This document shows positions 9,612 through 20,900 of a stretch of DNA of 64,000 bases, piece after piece (position 1 is the first letter of the stretch; each line of letters starts with the position of its first letter). Position numbers and translations under genes: made by a program. The DNA is taken from the NCBI GenBank assembly GCA_965195345.1, contig OZ239628.1, forward strand, positions 1,600,001 to 1,664,000, written 5' to 3'. The stretch comes from an uncultured Thiomicrospira sp. GTDB lineage: Bacteria; Pseudomonadota; Gammaproteobacteria; CAKMZV01. Below the pieces are notes generated by a model. That model was given only the letters and a program-made list of their open reading frames with translations. It made no database searches and had not been told where the DNA came from.

Positions 9612-11648
9612 TTAAATCTGTAGACAGGAAATATCAGCCACACTTAAAAAATACTTTCGCACCTGAGCAAGCAGTGCAAAACGATTATTACGTCTACCCA
9701 TATCTTCCGTCATCACCATTACTTTTTCAAAAAACGCTGTGATGGGCTGTTCAAATTCAATCAACTCTTCAAAACGAGTATCATAATCAATAGTATTAGT
9801 TCCTTCATTAGCAAGCAGCAGATTGTACAACTCCTTTTCTTCAGATAACTCAAATAAATCAGCATTTATTGTCTGGACTTTCACATCAAAATCGACTTTA
9901 GCCAAAATATTAGCTATGCGCTTATTGGCATCACTCAAAACCTGTGCAGAAGGATTTTTTGTGAACCGTACTACTGCATTGAGTCGATTTTCAAAATCGA
10001 GCGGCTGATACACATTAATGCTTCTTACCGCCTGTATTGCTTGCGCTGCAATGCCTTGCTCAACAAAGTGATTGTTCAACCTCTCCATAAAAAATTCAAG
10101 AATGTTTTTTTCGAGACCGCTGTCGTATCGGTGCAAAATATTGAGTGTATTCACAATGAGTTGCTGCAAATCTATTGCCCACTTCCCTTCAAGGATGATA
10201 CGCAATACCGCAATCGCATGTCGACGCAATGCATAAGGGTCACTGGTTCCTGTTGGTGCTTTTCCAATAGCAAAAATGCCGCATATAGTATCCACTCGAT
10301 CTGCTAACGAAATAATCTGCGCCAACATCCCTTCAGGGATCGAGTCGCCCGAATATCTCGGATAATAGTGCTGTTCAATAGCATAAGCGATCTCATTACA
10401 ATAGCCATCATTTAAGGCATAATATTTCCCCATTACACCTTGAAGAGATGGGAATTCACCAACCATATCCGTCAATAAATCACATTTACACAGTTTAATT
10501 GCTTTAAATAAAAAGTCAGTATTAACATCAATCCCTTTTTGATCAGCAATCACACCTGCCGCAATTATTTCCATTCTTCCCAGTTTATCAGCTATGCTTC
10601 CTAATTCTTTTTCAAACAGCATTTTATGCAGCATAGAACTATTCGATTCAAGTTGCTGACTGCGATCCTTATTAAAGAAAAATTCCGCATCTTTGAGGCG
10701 CGGAACAATCACTCGTTCATTCCCTTCTTTAATCTTATTTGGATCATTGCTTTCGATATTCGCAACAGTGATAAAATGTGGCAATAAAGCGCCTTCTTTG
10801 TCCAGCAAATGGAAATACTTTTGATTACTTCGCATTGAAGTAATCAGGCATTCTTTAGGGATTTGTAAAAAATTTTCAGGAAAGTCACAAAGTATAGCCA
10901 CAGGCCACTCATTAAGAGCATTTACTTCATCGAGCAACTCTTCATCAATAACAACTGCACCATTAAGCGATTGCGTTTGCTTTTCAATTTGTTGCAAAAT
11001 GCTTTGTTTACGTTCTGCACTATTAACCATTACTTTTGCCGCATGTAAAGTTAACTTGTACTCCCCTGCAGAACGCAATAGTATCGGCTGCGGATGATGG
11101 AACCGATGCCCTCTAGTATGATTGGAACTCTGTACTCCTAATAATGTCGCGTCAACGACTGCATCATTGAGCATAAGCACTAACCAACGAACCGGTCTAG
11201 AAAAGGCAATATTCCCGCCGCCCCATCGCATCCGTTTAGGGATGGGTAATGTATCCAACAATCGCTGCAGCATGGGTTGAATACAGCTTTCAATATGCCG
11301 TCCTTCCTCTTTCTTATGTATGATGAAATGACTACCTTTATTTGACTCGGAACGTTCAAGATCGCTTGGTAATACATTCCATTTGCGCGCAAAGCCCTCA
11401 ATGGCTTGTACAGAAGCATCAACTTTTGGACCCTTAATTTCAACAGTATGTCCTTGTTGCTCCACCTGCAATCCACTTAGAAGAAAGCCTAATCTTCTTG
11501 GAGTGGCAAATATTTCTAACTGCAAAAAAGCAAAGCCTTGTTCAATCAGCTGCACTTGCATAGAATTAAAAACATGTTTCTCCATGCTTTTCAATGCCTT
11601 GGGTGGTAATTCTTCCACGCCCAACTCAAATAACAATTTATTAGTCAT
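9612..11648 (-). CDS. glyS: Glycine--tRNA ligase beta subunit
   Basis: ELGVEELPP, TPRRL, KRMRWG, MVGEFPSLQG, DPYALRR. Confidence 0.96.
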   Translation of the reverse strand: MTNKLLFELGVEELPPKALKSMEKHVFNSMQVQLIEQGFAFLQLEIFATPRRLGFLLSGLQVEQQGHTVEIKGPKVDASVQAIEGFARKWNVLPSDLERSESNKGSHFIIHKKEEGRHIESCIQPMLQRLLDTLPIPKRMRWGGGNIAFSRPVRWLVLMLNDAVVDATLLGVQSSNHTRGHRFHHPQPILLRSAGEYKLTLHAAKVMVNSAERKQSILQQIEKQTQSLNGAVVIDEELLDEVNALNEWPVAILCDFPENFLQIPKECLITSMRSNQKYFHLLDKEGALLPHFITVANIESNDPNKIKEGNERVIVPRLKDAEFFFNKDRSQQLESNSSMLHKMLFEKELGSIADKLGRMEIIAAGVIADQKGIDVNTDFLFKAIKLCKCDLLTDMVGEFPSLQGVMGKYYALNDGYCNEIAYAIEQHYYPRYSGDSIPEGMLAQIISLADRVDTICGIFAIGKAPTGTSDPYALRRHAIAVLRIILEGKWAIDLQQLIVNTLNILHRYDSGLEKNILEFFMERLNNHFVEQGIAAQAIQAVRSINVYQPLDFENRLNAVVRFTKNPSAQVLSDANKRIANILAKVDFDVKVQTINADLFELSEEKELYNLLLANEGTNTIDYDTRFEELIEFEQPITAFFEKVMVMTEDMGRRNNRFALLAQVRKYFLSVADISCLQI

Positions 11649-11661
11649 CTATTGCAACCAA

Positions 11662-12603
11662 TCATTTCACTTTCTCAGCCGATTTGTCAGCCAATTGGTC
11701 ATTGAATTCCTTACATAAAGGAAACCCCATTTCTTGTCGCTTGTTGTAATAGGATTTAGCAACTTTTGCAGCCATGCGCCGTACTCTAAAAATGTAACGC
11801 TGTCTCTCTGTTACGCTGATTGCCTTACGCGCATCAAGCAAATTAAAAAAATGAGAAGCTTTAAGCACCTGTTCATAAGCAGGCAGTGGTAAATCGTTAT
11901 CCGCATCATCCAATAATTTCCCAACCATTTTTTCTGCTTCATCAAACTGCTGGAATAAGAAATCAACATTGGCGTAATCAAAATTGTAAATAGACTGCTC
12001 TATCTCATTTTGTTGATAAACATCTCCATACGTTATAGCTTGTCCCTGTGCATTTTCAGTCCATACCAAATCATACACATTCTCTACCCCTTGCAAATAC
12101 ATTGCAAGACGCTCAAGTCCGTAAGTAAGCTCGCCACTAACTGGCGCGCACTCGAGCCCACCAATTTGTTGAAAATAAGTAAATTGAGTAATTTCCATCC
12201 CATTGAGCCAAACTTCCCAACCCAGTCCCCATGCGCCAAGAGTGGGAGACTCCCAGTTATCTTCAACAAATCGTATATCGTGCACTAACGGATCTATCCC
12301 TACTACACTCAGCGAATCTAGAAATAGTTGCTGTATGTCATCTGGTGATGGTTTGAGGAGCACTTGATACTGAAAATAATGTTGTAATCGATTGGGATTT
12401 TCCCCGTAACGACCATCGCTCGGTCGTCTTGACGATTGCACATACGCGCATCTCCATGGTTCTGGACCTATAGAGCGCAAAAAAGTGGCAGGGTGAAAAG
12501 TTCCCGCTCCTACCTCCATATCGTAAGGCTGCAAGACAACACAGTTATGCTGTTGCCAGTAACTTGACAACATCTCAATAAGTTTTTGAAACGTTAATGT
12601 CAT
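11662..12603 (-). CDS. glyQ: Glycine--tRNA ligase alpha subunit
   Basis: [38 protein letters not shown]. Start placed at ATG 12603 (MTLTFQ). Confidence 0.97.
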   Translation of the reverse strand: MTLTFQKLIEMLSSYWQQHNCVVLQPYDMEVGAGTFHPATFLRSIGPEPWRCAYVQSSRRPSDGRYGENPNRLQHYFQYQVLLKPSPDDIQQLFLDSLSVVGIDPLVHDIRFVEDNWESPTLGAWGLGWEVWLNGMEITQFTYFQQIGGLECAPVSGELTYGLERLAMYLQGVENVYDLVWTENAQGQAITYGDVYQQNEIEQSIYNFDYANVDFLFQQFDEAEKMVGKLLDDADNDLPLPAYEQVLKASHFFNLLDARKAISVTERQRYIFRVRRMAAKVAKSYYNKRQEMGFPLCKEFNDQLADKSAEKVK

Positions 12604-12676
12604 AAAAAGCAAAGAGTAGCAAGCATCAGTGAAACCTAATTAAGGTTATCTACCGAGAGAGAAGAAGCATGACTTT

Positions 12677-13093
12677 TTAATAAGCCGAAATTTTTTCAAG
12701 ACGCTCAATAACACGATCAACTCTCTGAACAATTTGCATTACTGAGTCAAACAATGTCGATTGAGATATTGTTGTCATTTTTTCAGCAGGAGAACCTTTC
12801 GTTTTATTCTGCTTATTTGTATTTTGACCGCTAATATATTTGCGAGCACCTTGAATAGTGAATCTTTTTACGTGCAATAAACTTCTTATGAGGGCAATAA
12901 TCTCAATATCTTCGCTACGATAGTAGCGACGCTGATTGCGTTTAAGAGGGCTTAACTGCGGAAATTCCTGTTCCCAATAACGCAATACATAAGGTTTAAC
13001 ACCACACGCCTCACTAGTCTCACCAATACTAAAATATCTTTTATTGGGTAATGAGGTCAAAATCTCCTGAACGTTCTTGACTTTGTGCTTCAT
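12677..13093 (-). CDS. MerR-family transcriptional regulator (ihfA-linked type)
   Basis: LPNKRYFSIGE..EACGVKPYVLRYWEQEFPQL.P.KR..RRYY; usual position after ihfA. Confidence 0.88.
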   Translation of the reverse strand: MKHKVKNVQEILTSLPNKRYFSIGETSEACGVKPYVLRYWEQEFPQLSPLKRNQRRYYRSEDIEIIALIRSLLHVKRFTIQGARKYISGQNTNKQNKTKGSPAEKMTTISQSTLFDSVMQIVQRVDRVIERLEKISAY

Positions 13094-13370
13094 TGATTCG
13101 ACTCCTTAATTTATTGCCTGCATGAAAACGCACGACCGTACGCGGTTTAATTGTTACTGACTCTCCTGTTTTAGGGTTGCGTCCAGGTCTCTCTCTTTTT
13201 CGGCGTAAGTTAAACACTCCAAAACCTGATAATTTAACAGAATCACCATCTTTTAATGCATGCGTAATTTCGTGAAAAAAACCATCGACAATAATTTTAG
13301 CATCACTGCGATTCAACCCCAGTCGAAAGCGCAACATCTCCGTTAAATTTGATCGTGTTATTGTATTCAT
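13041..13370 (-). CDS. ihfA: Integration host factor alpha subunit
   Basis: VKLSGFG.F.LR.K.ERPGRNPKTGE; directly after pheT. Confidence 0.95.
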   Translation of the reverse strand: MNTITRSNLTEMLRFRLGLNRSDAKIIVDGFFHEITHALKDGDSVKLSGFGVFNLRRKRERPGRNPKTGESVTIKPRTVVRFHAGNKLRSRINEAQSQERSGDFDLITQ

Positions 13371-13380
13371 AGTATGTCAA

Positions 13381-15777
13381 TTATCTTAGTTTGATTTCAA
13401 AAGAAGCTTGCAGGGAGGTAACTATAGTTTGCATTTTATCTTCAATTAGACTGTCTGTGTGAGTAAAATCAAAAGCTTGCCAAATAAAATAAAAGGAAAC
13501 ACTGCGCATTCCTGATTCAATCCCTTGACCATCGTACTCAGCAAACACACCATTTTCAACTAATGCATCAAGACCAAGCCCTTTTATATGAGTAAGTAAT
13601 TGCGCAACAGGCAATGATTTAGGAATCACCAGAGACAAATCTCGTCGCACTCGTGGCTGCATTGAAACAGGCTGGTAGTTGGGTAATGGTTGCTGGCTTA
13701 ATAATGACCAATCAAGCTGTGCGAGTGCCCCAGATAAATGGATATCAAGTTTTTTAGCAATCACAGGATGTAATACCGCCACAAAGCCAAGTTTTTCACC
13801 ATCAACACAAAGAACCGCGCTTTGATGGGGATGCATCCAGGCAGGTAACTCATCTGAACGCCATTCAACAGTCTTTCCACCTGCTCTCCCCATGCCGTAT
13901 CTCAGTAACATCTCAACAACTCCTTTGAGCACGAAAAAATCAGCGTTCTTATTAATCGACTGCCAATTTTCACAATGATGTTTCCCATACCAGGCTAAAC
14001 CAAGACACTTTTTCTGCTCTATACTATCAAAATCAATGGCATCCCCAGTAGGAACAAATGTTAAACCACGCTCAAAAATAGCGATCCGTTCATGCTGATG
14101 GTTCTGATTCCGTTTGACCACTTCAAGCATTCCTGTAACCAAAGACAACCGCATCACCGATTTATCTGCTGAAATAGGGTTGCTCAATGCAATCGCTTGT
14201 GTATCTGGAAAAAGGTGTTTTTGTTGTTGATCGTCAACAAAGCTATAGGTGATAATTTCCTGCATCCCAACATCAACCAGCCTTTGCAATACCGTTGTAG
14301 GACGTTCCAATATCTCAGGGATTGGTTGGATCATTCTTCCAGAATCTGCACGTTTTAACTGTGGAAGCTGATCGTAGCCATTAAAACGAGCAACCTCTTC
14401 AACAACATCTTCGGCAATAGCAATATCAAATCGCCACGTAGGCGGCTTAACCGTCCAACTATCTTCGTTTGCAGTCAACTCAAAACCAATCTCGGCAAAC
14501 CACTTCTCTAGTGCCGGCGATACAACATCAGCGCCAATACACGAAGCCATCTTTGACTTTTTTAATTCAACCGTCATTAGTTCAGGCAAATAAGAGTTGT
14601 CTTCCCATGTGTTTATTGGTCCTGTTTGAGCACCACAAATTGATTGTATCAATGAGGCAGCACGCTGTAATGCTACTGTTTGAATATACGGATCAACCCC
14701 ACGTTCAAAGCGTAATGACGCTTCTGTATGCATACTAAATCGACGAGCAACTCCTGCCAAACGAATAGGATTAAACCAAGCAGCTTCAAGTAATATCTCA
14801 CTCGTATCTGCGTCCACTGAGCTTGATCCCCCGCCCATAATGCCTGCCAAACCAACTGCTTCATTGTCATCAGCAATCACAAGCGTATTCTCATCCATAG
14901 TAATTGTTCGCCCATCGAGCAGAGATATTTTTTCGTTTGAATCTGCCCAACGTGCCTTGAGTGAACCATTTATTTTAGAAGCATCGTATGCATGCAATGG
15001 TTGCCCAAGCTCAAGCATAACAAAATTTGTAACATCGACCACTGGATGAACACTCCGCACATTTGCACGCCGTAAAGATTCGACCATCCAATCAGGTGTT
15101 TTCGCTTGAGAGTTTACATTGTGCACTACACACGTTGAAAACCGAGCACATGCTTCTGGCGCAAGACTGCTTCCGTGATGTTGGTCTTGATGATTTGGAG
15201 CATATTCTTCAGTAAACTCAAATTGAGAACAATTATAAATAGCAGCTAGTTCTCTTGATACACCTAGTACGCTGTAACAATCCCCGCGATTTGGTGTTAA
15301 AGCAATATCTATAACCCAATCATCAAGTTGTAGATATTCTTCAAGCGGCATGCCAATAGGGGCATCTAGCGCCAGCTCCATAATTCCATTATCATCACTG
15401 CCAAGATTAAGTTCTTTCCGAGAACACAACATCCCTTGTGACTCTACTCCACGCAACGTAGTCTGCTTAATCGTCAGCCCTGGTAAAACACCACCCTCAA
15501 CAATGCAGGCAACTTTTAGACCAGCTCGCGCATTAGATGCACCACAAACAATCTGCAAAACGCTCTTGCCTGTATCAACAGCACACACTCTAAGCTTGTC
15601 TGCTTGAGGATGTTTTTCAATAGATGTTATTTGGGCAACGACAACTTGACTAAATTGCACTGATATTCTTTCAACCGCATCCACTTCGAGCCCAAGTAGA
15701 GTCAATTTTTCTGCAACAACGTTAACATCCACTGGCAAGGAGACCATCTGATTGAGCTGCTTCCAACTGATTTGCAT
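13381..15777 (-). CDS. pheT: Phenylalanine--tRNA ligase beta subunit
   Basis: HPQADKL, TPNRGDC, LELGQPLHAYD, RFERGVDP, WRFDI, RRDLS. Confidence 0.96.
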   Translation of the reverse strand: MQISWKQLNQMVSLPVDVNVVAEKLTLLGLEVDAVERISVQFSQVVVAQITSIEKHPQADKLRVCAVDTGKSVLQIVCGASNARAGLKVACIVEGGVLPGLTIKQTTLRGVESQGMLCSRKELNLGSDDNGIMELALDAPIGMPLEEYLQLDDWVIDIALTPNRGDCYSVLGVSRELAAIYNCSQFEFTEEYAPNHQDQHHGSSLAPEACARFSTCVVHNVNSQAKTPDWMVESLRRANVRSVHPVVDVTNFVMLELGQPLHAYDASKINGSLKARWADSNEKISLLDGRTITMDENTLVIADDNEAVGLAGIMGGGSSSVDADTSEILLEAAWFNPIRLAGVARRFSMHTEASLRFERGVDPYIQTVALQRAASLIQSICGAQTGPINTWEDNSYLPELMTVELKKSKMASCIGADVVSPALEKWFAEIGFELTANEDSWTVKPPTWRFDIAIAEDVVEEVARFNGYDQLPQLKRADSGRMIQPIPEILERPTTVLQRLVDVGMQEIITYSFVDDQQQKHLFPDTQAIALSNPISADKSVMRLSLVTGMLEVVKRNQNHQHERIAIFERGLTFVPTGDAIDFDSIEQKKCLGLAWYGKHHCENWQSINKNADFFVLKGVVEMLLRYGMGRAGGKTVEWRSDELPAWMHPHQSAVLCVDGEKLGFVAVLHPVIAKKLDIHLSGALAQLDWSLLSQQPLPNYQPVSMQPRVRRDLSLVIPKSLPVAQLLTHIKGLGLDALVENGVFAEYDGQGIESGMRSVSFYFIWQAFDFTHTDSLIEDKMQTIVTSLQASFEIKLR

Positions 15778-15779
15778 AT

Positions 15780-16775
15780 TTAAAATTGACGGAGAAAATC
15801 GAGATGATTATCAAAAAACTGTCGCAGATCCTTTACCCCATAGCGCAACATTGCAAGGCGCTCAACACCAAGACCAAATGCATAACCTTGCCATTCATCT
15901 GGATCTAAATGCATTGAACGGATAACGTTCGGATGCACCATGCCGCATCCAAGCACCTCCAACCATTTATCATTGCCTAACTTATCATTACGAATATCGA
16001 CTTCAGCAGAAGGTTCAGTAAATGGAAAATAGGAGGGGCGAAAACGAATTTGTAAATTTTCGTCTTCAAACAAAGCACGAAGAAAATCCATTAACAAACT
16101 TTTAAGCTCTGCAAAATTTGCACTCTTATCGATAACTAAACCCTCAACCTGATGAAACATCGGTGTGTGAGTTATATCTGAATCACAACGATAAACTCGC
16201 CCAGGAGCTATAACTCGAACGGGCGGTTTACTCCGCTCCATTGTGCGAATTTGCACAGGCGAAGTATGGGTTCGCAAAAGCATTTTTTCATCAAAATAAA
16301 AAGTATCGTGCATCGCTCTTGCTGGATGATGCTCTGGTATATTTAGCGCTGTGAAATTATAGTAATCATCTTCGATTTCAGGACCTGTTTGCACTTGAAA
16401 TCCTGCTTGAGAAAAAAGCAAATGAATGCGTTCAAGCATCCGTGTAATAGGATGAAAACCTCCACTATCAAAAGGATAGCCGGACATGCTCACATCGATT
16501 TTTTCTTTCTCAAGTTGAGCACTCTGATCAGTTGTCTCAATTTCAACCTGACGATTAGCAAGCGCCTTTATCACATTATTTTTCAGTTCATTTGCCGTTT
16601 GAGCGGCTTGCTTGCGCTCTTCGTGTGGCAAAGACCCCACTTTTTTAAGAAGCAGGGTTATTTCGCCTTTACGACCAAGGTACTGTAATCTCTGTTGATT
16701 GAGTGCCGATAAATCGTGCGCTGCTAAAATATTTGTTAACGCCTGATTTTTGATAGCATCGGCATGATTAGCCAT
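15780..16775 (-). CDS. pheS: Phenylalanine--tRNA ligase alpha subunit
   Basis: [47 protein letters not shown]. Confidence 0.98.
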   Translation of the reverse strand: MANHADAIKNQALTNILAAHDLSALNQQRLQYLGRKGEITLLLKKVGSLPHEERKQAAQTANELKNNVIKALANRQVEIETTDQSAQLEKEKIDVSMSGYPFDSGGFHPITRMLERIHLLFSQAGFQVQTGPEIEDDYYNFTALNIPEHHPARAMHDTFYFDEKMLLRTHTSPVQIRTMERSKPPVRVIAPGRVYRCDSDITHTPMFHQVEGLVIDKSANFAELKSLLMDFLRALFEDENLQIRFRPSYFPFTEPSAEVDIRNDKLGNDKWLEVLGCGMVHPNVIRSMHLDPDEWQGYAFGLGVERLAMLRYGVKDLRQFFDNHLDFLRQF

Positions 16776-16791
16776 AAAACAAATTCAATTA

Positions 16792-17148
16792 TTACGACAA
16801 CGCAGCTCTAACCTGCGTTACAAGAGCTGTAAATGCAAGTTTATCATTAACTGCAATATCAGCCAAAACTTTACGATCAATCTCAATGCCAGCTTTACTC
16901 AAGCCATTCATAAACACACTGTACGTCATGTCGTTCGAGCGCGCAGCAGCATTTATACGGGCTATCCATAAACTACGGAATGTTCTTTTGCGTACTCGAC
17001 GATCTCGATACGCGTATTGGCCCGCTTTTATAACTGCTTGCTTAGCGACTTTAAATGTGCGCGATCTAGCGCCATAATAGCCTTTAGCTTGGTTTAGAAT
17101 TTTTTTATGTGCTTTTTTTGCGGTAACACCGCGTTTTACTCTTGCCAT
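16792..17148 (-). CDS. rplT: 50S ribosomal protein L20
   Basis: MARVKRGV...[10 protein letters not shown]...[21 protein letters not shown]. Confidence 0.98.
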   Translation of the reverse strand: MARVKRGVTAKKAHKKILNQAKGYYGARSRTFKVAKQAVIKAGQYAYRDRRVRKRTFRSLWIARINAAARSNDMTYSVFMNGLSKAGIEIDRKVLADIAVNDKLAFTALVTQVRAALS

Positions 17149-17163
17149 TTCAACTTTCTCCTG

Positions 17164-17361
17164 CTAACTATATGGATTCATGCGCTTTACGGATGCTACA
17201 TCAACTGCTGATACAGTAGACATATCACGTAAATGACGCTTACGCTTCGGTGCTTTTTTAGTCAGGATGTGTCGTTTGTTAGCCTGAGCCCTTTTGAGTT
17301 TCCCACTACCAGTCACTTTAAATCGCTTGGCAGCCGAACGAACCGATTTTATTTTCGGCAT
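17164..17361 (-). CDS. rpmI: 50S ribosomal protein L35
   Basis: [20 protein letters not shown]...HILTKK; SD AAGGAG upstream. Confidence 0.97.
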   Translation of the reverse strand: MPKIKSVRSAAKRFKVTGSGKLKRAQANKRHILTKKAPKRKRHLRDMSTVSAVDVASVKRMNPYS

Positions 17362-17465
17362 TGTGCTTTCTCCTTAGAATGTACAGCAAAGTTTGTTTAA
17401 TTAGCTAAAGCTTATTAAATGCATTCAGGAAGGTACTTTGCTCACCCGCCCCAATGCGAAGCGGG
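17362..17465 (-). promoter_or_regulatory. Structured 5' leader of rpmI-rplT (candidate L20 autoregulatory element)
   Basis: Interleaved complementary pairs AGCAAAGT/ACTTTGCT and CCTT-CCT-GAATG/CATTC-T-AAGG (the second covers part of the SD), plus a 5' hairpin CCCGC/GCGGG. Confidence 0.5.
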
Positions 17466-17475
17466 CAGGATTATA
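17461..17475 (-). promoter_or_regulatory. sigma70 -10 box with GC-rich discriminator for the rpmI operon
   Basis: Minus strand reads TATAAT-CCTGCCCGC; no good -35 found. Confidence 0.6.
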
Positions 17476-17976
17476 CTTCAAAATCGGATATGAGATACGC
17501 TAAACATGCAATTCCTTCATCATTTCCCATAGTCGTATTCTATTTAACTCACCTTGAAAAAAATTCATAAATTCAGAGATAAATTCTGAAAAAAACCAAG
17601 CACGTTTTTTAAAAGTTTAAAACTTATTGCCCATGTTACAATAATCTATACATTTGTTATCCAAACTCCTTGATAACATAATAGGATGCAAAGTTATTTA
17701 TAATGCATAACCTGATTAAAAAATTGAAACGGATTAAATCATTTTCTTTTTCAAAAAACTTCTTAAAGTGAGAAAAGTCATGCCATTTTTCACTACTTCC
17801 TACACTACTTCACTAAAGTCATTCAGCTCAACTGCATTAGAATTACAGCATGGGACCATGATTATTCACGTATCAAATGTATCTGCCAATTTCACTACTT
17901 TGTTACGCTTATTTTAAATTAACCGTATGCAAGCGCCAATGGAAAAATCACACGCTAATCAAACCTCACAGGACAA

Positions 17977-20900
17977 GTGAACGTGCGTCATTTTTCAACA
18001 CTTGCGCACGCTTTTCCATTAAGGGCTTCACTAACATTAGTCATAATTACTCTGATGCTCTATCTGTTGCAAGGATGTGGCAGCAACAACGGGAATAATA
18101 ATCCTACAATCACTGGCGATGGTGCTAACTCAACCACCGTATCATCAACGGCAACCGTCTCTATAACCGACCCTGCTGGCACCAATATCTACAGTGCCGC
18201 ACAGGTAAGAGAGATTTTCTCAAACAACAGCTCGGTTATATTTACAGCATTTTCAATTACCACTGACCCTGCCTTAACTCTTCCTCTATTCTCTATAAAC
18301 CCTATCAATGGACACCTCATTTTGGCACGCAGTCCTTTAGCCGCTGATCCCTCCACCCACACTATTCAAATAACAGCAAGCAGTATCAATGATCAAACAG
18401 TAACGGCAACAGCGACATTGGTGATTAACATCGACGTTGGTGCACTCACAAGAACCATTCCAGCAAAGTCAACCATCTTTGCTAATACTCCTGCAGGCAC
18501 ATCTATCTACACAGCTTCACAGGTTAGTGGTAGTTTCTTGAACGATGGATCACTCGTATTTTCAACATTCTCAATCAGCATCACGCCTGCAACAATTAAT
18601 CCTCTGTTTACAATCAACTCCACTAATGGAGCAATCACTCTGGCACGTATACCCACACTCGCAGACATTGCCACACAAACCATTGCAATAACCGCTTTTA
18701 ATAACGATGATCGAACAGCACTATCAACCGCAACATTGGTGGTTAGCGTTCAAGCGGGTGTACTTACAAGAGTCATTCCAGCAACAGCAACCATCTCTAC
18801 TAATGCTCTTGCAGGCACATCTATCTACACCGCTTCACAGGTTAGTGGTAGTTTCTTGAACGATGGATCACTCGTATTTTCAACATTCTCAATCAGCATC
18901 ACGCCTGCAACAATTAATCCTCTGTTTACAATCAACTCCACCAATGGTGCAATCACTTTAGTACGGAGCCCTGAAGCAGCCGATGCCTCTACCCAAACAA
19001 TTCTAATTACAGCATTTGCTGGCACTCAAAGATTAACTTCCACATTGACCGTGTTTGTTCAAGTCAGCGCGGGCTCACTCGCAAGAGTCATTCCAGCAAC
19101 GGCAACCGTCTTTACTGGCAATCCTGTGGGAACTCCTATCTACACAGCTTCACAGGTTAGTGGTAGTTTCTTGAACGATGGATCACTCGTATTTTCAACA
19201 TTCTCAATCAGCATCACGCCTGCAACAATTAATCCTCTGTTTACAATCAACTCCACTAATGGAGCAATCACTCTGGCACGTATACCCACACTCGCAGACA
19301 TTGCCACACAAACCATTGCAATAACCGCTTTTAATAACGATGATCGAACAGCACTATCAACCGCAACATTGGTGGTTAGCGTTCAAGCGGGTGTACTTAC
19401 AAGAGTCATTCCAGCAACAGCAACCATCTCTACTAATGCTCTTGCAGGCACATCTATCTACACCGCTTCACAGGTTAGTGGTAGCTTTTTAAACGATGGA
19501 TCACTGAACTTTTCAACATTCTCAATCAGTGTCACTCCTTCAACAACTAATCCACTGTTTACAATCAATGCCACTAATGGAGCAATCACTTTAGTACGGA
19601 GCCCTGAAGCAGCCGATGCCTCTACCCAAACAATTCTAATTACAGCATTTGCTGGCACTCAAAGATTAACTTCCACATTGACCGTGTTTGTTCAAGTCAG
19701 CGCGGGCTCACTCGCAAGAGTCATTCCAGCAACGGCAACCGTCTTTACTGGCAATCCTGTGGGAACTCCTATCTACACAGCTTCACAGGTTAGTGGTAGT
19801 TTCTTGAACGATGGATCACTCGTATTTTCAACATTCTCAATCAGCATCACGCCTGCAACAATTAATCCTCTGTTTACAATCAACTCCACTAATGGAGCAA
19901 TCACTCTGGCACGTATACCCACACTCGCAGACATTGCCACACAAACCATTGCAATAACCGCTTTTAATAACGATGATCGAACAGCACTATCAACCGCAAC
20001 ATTGGTGGTTAGCGTTCAAGCGGGTGTACTTACAAGAGTCATTCCAGCAACAGCAACCATCTCTACTAATGCTCTTGCAGGCACATCTATCTACACCGCT
20101 TCACAGGTTAGTGGTAGCTTTTTAAACGATGGATCACTGAACTTTTCAACATTCTCAATCAGTGTCACTCCTTCAACAACTAATCCACTGTTTACAATCA
20201 ATGCCACTAATGGAGCAATCACTTTAGTACGGAGCCCTGAAGCAGCCGATGCCTCTACCCAAACAATTCTAATTACAGCATTTGCTGGCACTCAAAGATT
20301 AACTTCCACATTGACCGTGTTTGTTCAAGTCAGCGCGGGCTCACTCGCAAGAGTCATTCCAGCAACGGCAACCGTCTTTACTGACAATCCTGTGGGAACT
20401 CCTATCTACACAGCTTCACAGGTTAGTGGTAGTTTCTTGAACGATGGATCACTCGTATTTTCAACATTCTCAATCAGCATCACGCCTGCAACAATTAATC
20501 CTCTGTTTACAATCAACTCCACCAATGGAGCAATCACTCTGGCACGTATACCCACACTCGCAGACATTGCTACACAAACCATTGCAATAACCGCTTTTAA
20601 TAACGACGATCGAACAGGACTATCAACCGCAACATTGGTGGTTAGCGTTCAAGCGGGTGTACTTACAAGAGTCATTCCAGCAACAGCAACCATCTCTACT
20701 AATGCTCTTGCAGGCACATCTATCTACACCGCTTCACAGGTTAGTGGTAGCTTTTTAAACGATGGATCACTGAACTTTTCAACATTCTCAATCAGTGTCA
20801 CTCCTTCAACAACTAATCCACTGTTTACAATCAATGCCACTAATGGAGCAATCACTTTAGTACGGAGCCCTGAAGCAGCCGATGCCTCTACCCAAACAAT

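Noticed and set aside
12613-12676. Expected tRNA-Pro after the ihfA-merR pair (and tRNA-Gly/Cys/Leu after pgsA)
   Set aside because: No cloverleaf or T-loop GTTCGA motif, and the gaps are too short.
13041-13093. 53-nt overlap between ihfA and the MerR regulator
   Set aside because: Overlap of these two genes is common and the MerR start may lie further downstream.
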